NCBI GenBank assembly: GCA_004297805.1
Contig: SCTJ01000052.1
Location: 1 to 48,375, forward strand
Direction: 5' to 3'
Length of the DNA stretch: 48,375 nucleotides
Source: Patescibacteria group bacterium
Lineage (GTDB): Bacteria; Patescibacteriota; Minisyncoccia; Moranbacterales; SCTJ01
Of the stretch, positions 18,912 through 26,828 are shown piece after piece. A model generated the notes under the pieces. The model saw nothing but the letters and a program-made list of their open reading frames with translations. It was not told where the DNA came from and searched no databases. A program made the translations under genes and the position numbers. Position 1 is the first letter of the stretch. Every line of letters begins with the position of its first letter.

Positions 18912-19652
18912 TTAGGCAACAACCCAGCGGATGTTTGGGTGATGGCGGGCGCCCCTTTTGATTGCATTATGCCGGCCAATTCTAAACATTCCGTCTTCCT
19001 GACCAACCATGGGGATGCGTCCGTCAGAATAACGAGAGCCGTAACAAAGCGTTAAACTCCGGGCGTCTAAGTATTCTCCTGTATTAGCAAAATAAAAAAT
19101 ACCCAGCAACATTCGCTCCTCGAGAGTGATGCCGTGGGTTTTGTCCTCGCTCGAGGATCGCCCGCCATCCAAACCCCCGTCGGTTGTCTCTATTTTTTCG
19201 CTGACCCAAATAGCGTAGCTACCTGAAGTCGCCGAACGATCAGATTGGGTAATATTATTAAGGCTGTCCTCTGTCCATTTTGTTGTGGAAAAAAGTTCGA
19301 CACACTTTTCGAAAACTCGCTGGGGCGTCATGCTTTCGGCTACCACAATAAGAAATGTGAATTCTTCTTTTTGTTCAGGTGTGCGTCGAGGAATGCGGAT
19401 CTGAGATTCGTTAATCGGAATTTTGAAAAGCTCCCAATATATTTTTGACCAATTCGCCAACTGTTCTCGTGTTTCTGGATCCATCAGTCTTTCGCGCAGT
19501 GAATTAGCACGCTGAATAATTTCCGCTTGCAGCCCATCGACTTCGGCGAATTGCTTACTGACTTCTACTTTTTTTAAGGCCGCGTCAAATTCCCGCTTGG
19601 CTCTTTGCAGTTCATTCAGATCTTGCACTAATTCGCGACAATTGGGTTGCAT
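18912..19652 (-). CDS. Hypothetical protein, paralog A of a two-member family (partner at 27590-28555)
   Basis: Shares the start MQP(N/D)C, an N-terminal coiled coil and C-terminal blocks with paralog B. The ATG lies 8 nt after an extended -10, so the start is apparently leaderless. Confidence 0.7.
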   Translation of the reverse strand: MQPNCRELVQDLNELQRAKREFDAALKKVEVSKQFAEVDGLQAEIIQRANSLRERLMDPETREQLANWSKIYWELFKIPINESQIRIPRRTPEQKEEFTFLIVVAESMTPQRVFEKCVELFSTTKWTEDSLNNITQSDRSATSGSYAIWVSEKIETTDGGLDGGRSSSEDKTHGITLEERMLLGIFYFANTGEYLDARSLTLCYGSRYSDGRIPMVGQEDGMFRIGRHNAIKRGARHHPNIRWVVA

Positions 19653-19660
19653 ATGCAAGT

Positions 19661-19669
19661 AGTATAGCA
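19661..19669 (-). promoter_or_regulatory. Extended -10 element (P2) for paralog A
   Basis: Minus strand reads TGCTATACT, then ACTTGCAT, then ATG. Confidence 0.55.
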
Positions 19670-19943
19670 CATCAAAAGCCTGTCATAAAAACCGTCCGTA
19701 CCTGCCCGAAACGCTCCGCGTATCGGAGCGGGCGGGCGACCGAGACGCTTGAAAATTAAGCGTAACGAGCGTAAAGAAACTGCGACTAGCGAAGCGTTTT
19801 AGCAGTTTTAGCGAGTGCAGCGTGAATTTTCCGTCGAATGGAGTCAGGATCGGCGTTTTCTTTCTATCCACTTTCTTTGACGCCAAAGAAAGTGGATGAA
19901 TACACTACGCAGTATTTTAAGTATATACACATGTATATACATT

Positions 19944-19952
19944 AGTATAGCA
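19944..19952 (-). promoter_or_regulatory. Extended -10 element (P1) at the start of module A
   Basis: Minus strand reads TGCTATACT 6 nt after the amrA stop codon. Confidence 0.4.
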
Positions 19953-19958
19953 TTTTTA

Positions 19959-20573
19959 TCAGCGGTGTTTTTCCACTGTGAATTCAAAAAGTGAAATTGG
20001 GTCTTGCTCCGGATCGATGCCGCCTTTTTCAGCCGCAATGGCAATTTGCTGCTCCGTCGTATCCACGCCTTCCAGGTCCGGCAGCAATAGCCCCCGTCGT
20101 CGGCCGGACTGCACAATAATCCCATGCTGCCGCACGTCATGTGCTGCCAAATCCTGGACAGATACTGGCTCACTCAACACACTCACTTCGCAAGTAATAT
20201 TCTTCAGTTCAGCTGCCTCAATTGGGTCAAAACGATAATCCTCAGAACAGGCTGAAACGGCATTCTGGATTATTTCCTCGGCCAGGTTATCGCAAGTTGG
20301 CAGAAAGGTACCAACACATCCCCGTAAAACTCGCTCCTGCTCGCCACGGGGCAGGCCCCTCAAACCCGCATGCTCGCCACGGGGTAGGCCCCTCAAACCC
20401 GCATGCTCGTCACGGGGCAGGCCCCGCGATTCACCATGGCTATAGATCGTCACAAAAACGCCCGCCCGACGGGAATAGAAATCAGGCGGAAGATCTTTCG
20501 GAGCTTCAACGACCTTATTTTCGATAATATATTTTTCGATTGTCCGCTTGGCCAAAGCTACGTATGGATCCAT
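19959..20573 (-). CDS. amrA: AMMECR1 domain protein (AmmeMemoRadiSam system protein A) with internal tandem-repeat insertion
   Basis: GVFVTIY...LRGCVGTF...DYRFDPI...EVSVLSEP...GIIVQSGRRRGLLLP motifs. An insertion of about 30 aa sits between the first two motifs. Confidence 0.85.
   Translation of the reverse strand: MDPYVALAKRTIEKYIIENKVVEAPKDLPPDFYSRRAGVFVTIYSHGESRGLPRDEHAGLRGLPRGEHAGLRGLPRGEQERVLRGCVGTFLPTCDNLAEEIIQNAVSACSEDYRFDPIEAAELKNITCEVSVLSEPVSVQDLAAHDVRQHGIIVQSGRRRGLLLPDLEGVDTTEQQIAIAAEKGGIDPEQDPISLFEFTVEKHR
20340..20425. repeat. 33-bp in-frame tandem repeat, about 2.6 copies
   Basis: The unit CTCGCCACGGGG(C/T)AGGCCCCTCAAACCCGCATG occupies 20340-20372 and 20373-20405, with a partial third copy. 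It encodes GLRGLPRGEHA repeats. Confidence 0.95.
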
Positions 20574-20682
20574 AAGACAAAAAATCTAAATACCAAATGC
20601 TAATCTCTAAATAATATCCGATTGTTTTAATATTTCATTCATTAGGTCGTTGGGATTTGTTTAGAAATTATAAATTATAAAT

Positions 20683-21477
20683 TTACAGCATCCGAGCAGT
20701 GAGATATCCCACTCCAAAAGGACCCTCATAGCTCAGTTTCTGAAACTTGTAGGGCCGGCCCTTGATCATGCCCAGCATCATCACAAACGATCGCAGTCCG
20801 CACTCTCCTGCCTCATCGATGAATTTGGTTTTAAGTTCAGTCAGACCCTGAATGTCATTATGTTCCAATAGCCGAATGAGAGTGTGATCAAATTCTTCTC
20901 CCTGCTCAGAATAGCCCGCGGGAGCATCGGGTGTTAGTCGATGTGACAAATCACCGCTCGCCACAATCGCCACATCCCCAGACTGACTGTTAAGTAAATT
21001 GCCCACCACCTCTCCGAAATCATAGTGCATCTTGAGACTGAGAAAAGAGAACGACAAGTGCACCAAACGCGGATGAATATTTTTCGTCAGGAAATGCAAC
21101 GGTACCATCGCCCCGTGATCCAGCTCAGCCTCAAACGTGTGCACGGGCATCTCATTGTTCATTTCGGCCGCATAGAGAATACCTTCCACAATTTCTGAAG
21201 CATTGTGAAACTCAAGCTGCTCATCCAATCCAAAGCGGGCCAGGCTCCCGTGAATGTTCCTGGATTCGTTCACGCCGAATGAGTATCCATCAATCGGCGC
21301 ATGCGGCGAGATGACCACCAGCGTGTGCGGATTAGCATGTTCAACTTCCGCTCGCAATTGCTCCATGGCCTGCACAGTTTTTTTGACCAACAAAATATCT
21401 TCCGGACTCCCAATGCCTGGCACAATGATTGGCGGATGCGGTGTGATAGCAGCAAAATTAATCATATGTTTTTTCAA
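20683..21477 (-). CDS. LigB/Memo-superfamily protein (class III extradiol dioxygenase subunit B-like), AmmeMemoRadiSam partner B position
   Basis: AAITPHPPIIVPGIG, VVISPHAP, ELDHGAMVPLHF and ASGDLSHRL match the LigB-type metal-ligand pattern. The gene sits between amrS and amrA. Confidence 0.7.
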   Translation of the reverse strand: MKKHMINFAAITPHPPIIVPGIGSPEDILLVKKTVQAMEQLRAEVEHANPHTLVVISPHAPIDGYSFGVNESRNIHGSLARFGLDEQLEFHNASEIVEGILYAAEMNNEMPVHTFEAELDHGAMVPLHFLTKNIHPRLVHLSFSFLSLKMHYDFGEVVGNLLNSQSGDVAIVASGDLSHRLTPDAPAGYSEQGEEFDHTLIRLLEHNDIQGLTELKTKFIDEAGECGLRSFVMMLGMIKGRPYKFQKLSYEGPFGVGYLTARML

Positions 21478-21498
21478 TTAGACTTAACGAGATTAAAG

Positions 21499-22536
21499 TT
21501 ATGCAAAAACACCGGCAATGCGACAACCACAATTGGCGCAGCACCCGCTCCGATCATATCTGGTCACCTGATAGCCAACGCGTTCGATTACAACCTCCCC
21601 GCATTGCGGACAATAGGTACTCTCCAGGTCTGGCCGCTGCACATTGCCGGCATAGACATATTGCAGCCCGGCGCGCTTCCCCGCTTGATGCACCCGTTCA
21701 ACCAATTCCGTCGGCGTATCCGGCAAATCTTTGAGTTTCCAGGAAATGCAGCCGGAAAAGGCACTCACATGCCAGGGCACCCCTGTCCCCAGCTTTTCTT
21801 TGATGAAAGTAGCAATCTGTTCCAACATGCCCAGTTGGTCAGAAAGCGTGGGAATCACCAGCGTGGTCACCTCTAGCCAAATTCCTCGCTGCACCAACTG
21901 CTGACAATTCTCCAAAACCCGCGTCACCTTGCCACCACATTGCTGACGATAAAACTTGTCTTCGAACGATTTGATGTCAATATTGATCGCATCCAAAAAT
22001 GGGACGATTAATTCAATTGTTTCTGGAGACATGAAGCCGTTGGACACCCACACATTCCTCAGTCCTTTTTGTTTGGCCAGCTTCATGGTATCCAACATAT
22101 ATTCCAGCGAGATGGTCGGCTCGTTGTAGGTATAGGCAATACTTGGGCACTCATGCGCCAGCGCCTCTTCCACAATCTCCTCTGGTGATAATGGATAGCC
22201 CCACTCGACTCCTGCGTATTCCTTGGCTTGACCCTTCCAACCGAACATCTGAGAGATGTCGTGATTTTGACAATTCCCACAACAGAAGTTGCAACCCACG
22301 GTGCCAAAGGAATAAACTGTCGACCCAGGCAAGAAATGAAAGAGTGGTTTCTTCTCAATCGGATCCACATGCGCGGCTGCCGCCTTGCCATAGGTCAGGA
22401 GGAACAGTTTGCCACCCACATTTTGACGCACGCCACAGACCCCCACCTGGTCGGGCTTGATTTGGCAATAATGCGCGCACGTCAAACACTGGACATTTTT
22501 CGCACCGAGCTGCTTGTAGTTGATACATTCTTGCAT
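21499..22536 (-). CDS. amrS: AmmeMemoRadiSam system radical SAM enzyme
   Basis: N-terminal Cys cluster CLTCAHYCQI...GVCGVR, DPIEKKPLFHFLPGS, radical SAM site GCNFCCGNCQN, and a C-terminal CPQCG...CCANCGC. Confidence 0.85.
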   Translation of the reverse strand: MQECINYKQLGAKNVQCLTCAHYCQIKPDQVGVCGVRQNVGGKLFLLTYGKAAAAHVDPIEKKPLFHFLPGSTVYSFGTVGCNFCCGNCQNHDISQMFGWKGQAKEYAGVEWGYPLSPEEIVEEALAHECPSIAYTYNEPTISLEYMLDTMKLAKQKGLRNVWVSNGFMSPETIELIVPFLDAINIDIKSFEDKFYRQQCGGKVTRVLENCQQLVQRGIWLEVTTLVIPTLSDQLGMLEQIATFIKEKLGTGVPWHVSAFSGCISWKLKDLPDTPTELVERVHQAGKRAGLQYVYAGNVQRPDLESTYCPQCGEVVIERVGYQVTRYDRSGCCANCGCRIAGVFA

Positions 22537-22572
22537 ACCCAGTATTACAAATAGCCTCAGGTTATTATTCGC

Positions 22573-23559
22573 CTAGCGTTTACCCTGGTTAAAAATCTGA
22601 CGGATCACATCATCCACGTCAATTTCATTGATCAGGATGTCGTCCACCGGCAAATTGGAAGACAAAATACTAGCTGCTGCGCTCTTGGCCTGTTCCCGCA
22701 ATACCTTGATGACACACCGATGAGGATTATATTCGACCAGCTCACCAAAAGATTCGACTTCCGTTCGCTGTGTCCCCCTATCATTAAAAGTCACTACCAG
22801 CGTTTTGTGCGTGGCATAACGATTGACCAATTCTTTGAAATCGCCATCGTAGATTATTTTGCCCAGATTGATGATAATCACTCGCTGACACAGCTGACTG
22901 ATATCTTCCATGTAGTGCGACGTGAGGATGATGGTTGTCTTGCTCTTGGCGTTATACTTCTTGATGAAATCGCGAATATTTTTTTGCGCCACCACATCCA
23001 ACCCAATGGTCGGCTCGTCCAGGAACAACACCCGCGGACTGTGCAGTAGGGCGGCCACCAATTCGCATTTCATGCGCTGCCCCAACGAAAGCTTGCGCAC
23101 TGGCACATCCAGAATATTTTTGATATCCAGCAAAGTAGTCATCTCTTCTAGTCTTTCGGCAAAATCCTGATCTGAGACCTCATAAATTTCTTTGTTCAAA
23201 ATAAAACTTTCCATGGCTGGCAGTTCCCACCATAACTGATTTTTCTGACCCATCACCAGGGCAAATTGCTTTTGATATTCCTTTTGCCGTTTGTAGGGAT
23301 CAAAGCCCAAAACCCTAACCGCTCCACTCGTGGGATAGAGAATACCGGACAAAACCTTGAGGGTGGTTGTTTTGCCAGCCCCATTGGGACCCAAAAATCC
23401 CACAATCTCCCCTTCCTCGATGGAGAAACTGACGTCCTTCACTGCTTCGGCCAAAAGTTTTTCGCGCCAAAAGATACTCTTGATGGTCATCCACAATCCG
23501 GGAGCCTTTTTGTAATACTCGTAGGCCTTAGATAGATTTTTAACTTCAATGATTGGCAT
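22573..23559 (-). CDS. ABC transporter ATP-binding protein
   Basis: Walker A GPNGAGKTT, signature LSLGQRMK, Walker B LFLDEPTIGLD. Confidence 0.92.
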   Translation of the reverse strand: MPIIEVKNLSKAYEYYKKAPGLWMTIKSIFWREKLLAEAVKDVSFSIEEGEIVGFLGPNGAGKTTTLKVLSGILYPTSGAVRVLGFDPYKRQKEYQKQFALVMGQKNQLWWELPAMESFILNKEIYEVSDQDFAERLEEMTTLLDIKNILDVPVRKLSLGQRMKCELVAALLHSPRVLFLDEPTIGLDVVAQKNIRDFIKKYNAKSKTTIILTSHYMEDISQLCQRVIIINLGKIIYDGDFKELVNRYATHKTLVVTFNDRGTQRTEVESFGELVEYNPHRCVIKVLREQAKSAAASILSSNLPVDDILINEIDVDDVIRQIFNQGKR

Positions 23560-23571
23560 AATTTCTCGGTG

Positions 23572-24369
23572 TTAAATTCCTACTCCCTCGTATTTTCTGA
23601 GTCCTCGCGTCCACATTAGTTTGGTCAAAAAATACATGACTACAATCCAAGCTAGCTCAAAAACCAATGCCCAAGCCCCCTGCCCAACACTAAGCTTCCC
23701 CAAATACAGCTGGGTGGGCACATAGAAAACATACATGAAAGGAAGGGCCTTGCAAATAGCCAAGGCCAAGGGCGGCAAGAAAACCAGCGGGAAATACACA
23801 CCAGAAAAGAATTTGATAAACACTCCCAGTGAATAATCAATGCCGACAATGCGCTGCGTCCAAAAAGCAATCATGCCGATCATCACTGCGAAATATATTT
23901 TCAGCACCAGTCCCGCCCCAACCATCCCCAACAGCAGCAAGGCTCGAACCGGATCCAAATTGAAAATTAGCTGATCCCGAAAAAACAAGATTACCAAGAG
24001 CATCATACCAATTGACGAAACCAACGCCACGCTCATGCGGCCAAGGGAAAAAGAAAAAATATATTTCAAGTAGCTAATGGGCTTGACCAGGAATTCCGAA
24101 ACCTTGCCCTCAAAAATGTTATGCTCCACGATATTTTCCAATCCATAGTTTTCCGTCAAAAAAACAAAGAGCCAGCCAAAGACCACATAGGAAATCATTT
24201 CGTTTCGTGCATAGCCCTGCACCACATCCACCTTCTGGAAAATCACCGTCCAAACGATTATCTGCACCACAATCTCCAGCAAGTTACCCACGCGATAACT
24301 GAGCAAATTCAAACGGAAAGCCAATTGCCGCTGCAGTTCATTTTTCACTACTGTGTAATATTTCTTCAT
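23572..24369 (-). CDS. ABC-2 family transporter permease
   Basis: 265-aa polytopic membrane protein. It is paralogous to the upstream gene and adjacent to the ATPase. Confidence 0.7.
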   Translation of the reverse strand: MKKYYTVVKNELQRQLAFRLNLLSYRVGNLLEIVVQIIVWTVIFQKVDVVQGYARNEMISYVVFGWLFVFLTENYGLENIVEHNIFEGKVSEFLVKPISYLKYIFSFSLGRMSVALVSSIGMMLLVILFFRDQLIFNLDPVRALLLLGMVGAGLVLKIYFAVMIGMIAFWTQRIVGIDYSLGVFIKFFSGVYFPLVFLPPLALAICKALPFMYVFYVPTQLYLGKLSVGQGAWALVFELAWIVVMYFLTKLMWTRGLRKYEGVGI

Positions 24370-24375
24370 AGAATT

Positions 24376-25173
24376 TCAGATGCCAACACTTTCATATTTT
24401 TTGAGTCCGACTTTCCAAACAACTTTGATCAGCAGATAGAGAATGACCAGCCAGAGCAGCATCACCCCCAAGCCCTGTACACCTTGCCACAGATCAATTT
24501 TCCCAATCAGCAACTGCATAGGAACAAAAAAGATGTAGACAAACGGAAACCAAAAACTTACCGCTACAAAGCCAGCCGGTAAAAGGTCCATGGGGAAATA
24601 AGCGCCTGATAGCAGCTTCACAATCACGTTTGAAAGATAGGAAACGCCGGAAACTTCGGTGGTCCACATCCCAACCACCCCGATGAGTACTGACAGAAAA
24701 AACTTGATGAAGTAACTGAGCACCAGAAAGGCCACTAGCAGCAACACCGTTCCCACGCTCAGAGACACTGTCAACTTGTCATGCAAGAAAATTATCCAGA
24801 CAACAGCTTGCAAAACAATCACGCTGCAAGCAATCACGACTCTCCCGATTGAATCAGCCGTGATATATCTCAAATAACTGATGGGTTTAACAATAAAGTT
24901 AGACAACTTACCCGACTGGATATCTTTGTAAATCAAGTTTTCGTATCCGTAACTGGTTGTCAGAAAGCGAAAGATCCAGCCAAAAACCAAATAGGACATC
25001 ATTTCCGCTGAAGTATAGCCCTTCACTATATCGGTCGATTGAAAGATCGCCGACCACAGCACCAACTGGGCCAGGAGCTCAAGGAAGTTGCCACCCGTGA
25101 AGGAAATGATGAAGAAACGGTGAACCAGCTGCCGTTGAATTTCATTACTGATGATCACCCAGTATTTCTTCAT
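24376..25173 (-). CDS. ABC-2 family transporter permease
   Basis: 265 aa. Same N-terminal pattern (MKKYW..I.NE.QRQL..R) as 23572-24369. Confidence 0.7.
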   Translation of the reverse strand: MKKYWVIISNEIQRQLVHRFFIISFTGGNFLELLAQLVLWSAIFQSTDIVKGYTSAEMMSYLVFGWIFRFLTTSYGYENLIYKDIQSGKLSNFIVKPISYLRYITADSIGRVVIACSVIVLQAVVWIIFLHDKLTVSLSVGTVLLLVAFLVLSYFIKFFLSVLIGVVGMWTTEVSGVSYLSNVIVKLLSGAYFPMDLLPAGFVAVSFWFPFVYIFFVPMQLLIGKIDLWQGVQGLGVMLLWLVILYLLIKVVWKVGLKKYESVGI

Positions 25174-25199
25174 ATCTCACCGCGTATAATTCAACTGGA

Positions 25200-26594
25200 T
25201 TAACGCAATCCTTCGCGCACGATCTGCGCTAGATCCTCAATCTTCACCCGCTGTTGCGTCATCGTGTCTCGATCGCGGAGCGTCACCGCTTCGTCCTGTA
25301 GAGTATCGAAGTCGACGGTTACACAATAGGGTGTGCCGATTTCATCCTGGCGGCGATAGCGCTTGCCAATATTCCCATTGTCGTCAAACTCACACATAAA
25401 GTCAGCTTTCAAAGCATCGTAAATTTCCCGCGCCTTGGCCACCAATTCCGGCTTGTTTTTGAGCAGCGGGAAAACAGCCAATTTGATTGGTGCTAAATGT
25501 TTGGCAAGCTTGAGTACAATCCTCTTGGCGTCACCTTCGCCTTCTTCGACATAGGCTGAATCGATAAACATCAGCACCAAGCGATTGAGTCCCACCGATG
25601 TTTCCATAATGTGCGGAATGAATCGCTCGCCTGATTTCTCATCAAAATAATCCAAAGTGACACCCGAAAATTTGGAGTGTTGCGACAAATCGTAGTTCCC
25701 CCGCGCGTGGATACCCTCGACTTCTTTGAATCCACCCAACGATTGAAAATCATAAGTGACATCATAGGCGTCCGAAGCATAAAACACCAACTTCTCATGC
25801 TTGTACCATTTGATTTTGTTTTCGGGAATGCCATTGTCCAGGTACCACTGCCAACGCACTGCTTTCCACATTTCATATTTTTCTTTCATCATATCCGGAT
25901 GCAGAAAGTATTGCATTTCCATTTGCTCAAACTCGCGGGTGCGAAAGATAAACTGCCGCGCCACAATTTCGTTGCGGAAAGCTTTGCCCACCTGCGCGAT
26001 CCCAAAAGGCAATTTCTTGTGGAGTGAGTCGAGTGTATTCTTGTATTCGAGATATATTCCACCGCAGGTTTCCGGCCTGAGGTATACCACATTTTCTTCT
26101 TTCAGCTCATCCGTCGGCGAACCAATGTTCGATTTCACCATCAAGGAAAATATCTTGGCATCAGTCAGGTCGGTCGATCCGCAATTGGCACATTTCAACT
26201 TTTTCTCTGCCCGCAATTTATCAAAATGCACTTTCAGTTCTTCCAGCGTCGCCTTGTCGGCATCAATCCCAAATTCTTCCAAAATATGATCCGCCCGAAA
26301 ACGGGATTTGCATTTGCGACAATCGACTTGCGGATCGTTGAATCCCCCCACGTGACCCGAAGCCACCCAAGTTTTGGGATGCATGAAAATGGCACTGTCC
26401 AAGCCCACCACGTCATCCCGGAGCTGCACCATCGATTTCCACCAGGAGTTCTTGACGTTTTCCTTGAGCAGGGTGCCGTAGTGTCCATAGTCATAGATCG
26501 CCGCTAGTCCCCCATAAATTTCTGAAGATGGGTAGACAAATCCCCGCCGCTTGCAAAGCGATACGATTTTTTCCATTGCGTTTTCGATAGCCAT
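25200..26594 (-). CDS. glyQS: Glycine--tRNA ligase (dimeric GlyQS type)
   Basis: SEIYGGLAAIYDYGHYG, class II motif 2 FRNEIVARQFIFRTREFEQMEMQYF, and a C-terminal anticodon-binding domain. ATG at 26592-26594. The ORF-track extension to 26741 runs through the T-box leader. Confidence 0.93.
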   Translation of the reverse strand: MAIENAMEKIVSLCKRRGFVYPSSEIYGGLAAIYDYGHYGTLLKENVKNSWWKSMVQLRDDVVGLDSAIFMHPKTWVASGHVGGFNDPQVDCRKCKSRFRADHILEEFGIDADKATLEELKVHFDKLRAEKKLKCANCGSTDLTDAKIFSLMVKSNIGSPTDELKEENVVYLRPETCGGIYLEYKNTLDSLHKKLPFGIAQVGKAFRNEIVARQFIFRTREFEQMEMQYFLHPDMMKEKYEMWKAVRWQWYLDNGIPENKIKWYKHEKLVFYASDAYDVTYDFQSLGGFKEVEGIHARGNYDLSQHSKFSGVTLDYFDEKSGERFIPHIMETSVGLNRLVLMFIDSAYVEEGEGDAKRIVLKLAKHLAPIKLAVFPLLKNKPELVAKAREIYDALKADFMCEFDDNGNIGKRYRRQDEIGTPYCVTVDFDTLQDEAVTLRDRDTMTQQRVKIEDLAQIVREGLR

Positions 26595-26793
26595 ATCTTT
26601 TAAAAAAATATAATTAACCAAGAAAAAAAGCCCGTCCTGAACATCACAAACATGATGCTCGGGACGGGCTTCACAAAAGACCCGCGGTTCCACCCGACTT
26701 GTCCGACACTTCGCCGGACCACCTTCATTCTGGACTGACATCCATTACCTTTCAGGAAGGAGCCACCCCTCCATTACCGTCAGCTATCTGAAT
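26595..26793 (-). promoter_or_regulatory. T-box riboswitch leader controlling glyQS
   Basis: Minus strand carries the T-box sequence AAGTCGGGTGGAACCGCGGG (core 26681-26695). This is followed by the terminator AAGCCCGTCC...GGACGGGCTTTTTTT (26623-26669), about 30 nt before the ATG. Confidence 0.85.
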
Positions 26794-26799
26794 AACAAA

Positions 26800-26827
26800 A
26801 CTATACCAGAAACCATCAATTCGTCAA
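26800..26827 (-). promoter_or_regulatory. Sigma-70-like promoter of the glyQS T-box leader
   Basis: Minus strand reads TTGACG, a 16-nt spacer, then TGGTATAGT. Confidence 0.6.
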
Positions 26828-26828
26828 A

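Larger units (their letters stand above)
19653..19958. repeat. Composite intergenic module, copy A
   Basis: Shares three blocks with 28556-28852. These are GCCTGTCATAAAAACCGTCCGTAC (19678-19701), the 30-nt palindrome TCCACTTTCTTTGaCGCCAAAGAAAGTGGA (19867-19896), and ATTTTAAGTATATACACATGTATATAC..ATTAGTATAGCATTTT (19914-19955). Confidence 0.9.

Noticed and set aside
19683-20173. ORFs 19683-19886 and 19844-20173 (minus), plus the analogous 28668-28865 and 28803-29165.
   Set aside because: They run through the palindromic and repeat blocks of the intergenic modules, or are out of frame with amrA or the M23 peptidase. The shared peptide HFLWRQRKW simply reflects the 30-nt palindrome read on either strand.
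20340-20425. Considered a CRISPR-like or minisatellite non-coding array.
   Set aside because: The units are contiguous with no spacers, in frame, and inside a well-supported AMMECR1 ORF. I saw no CRISPR array anywhere in the window.
26595-26741. N-terminal 49-aa extension of the glyQS ORF in the track.
   Set aside because: It reads through the T-box core and terminator. The conserved GlyRS N-terminus begins at the ATG at 26592-26594.
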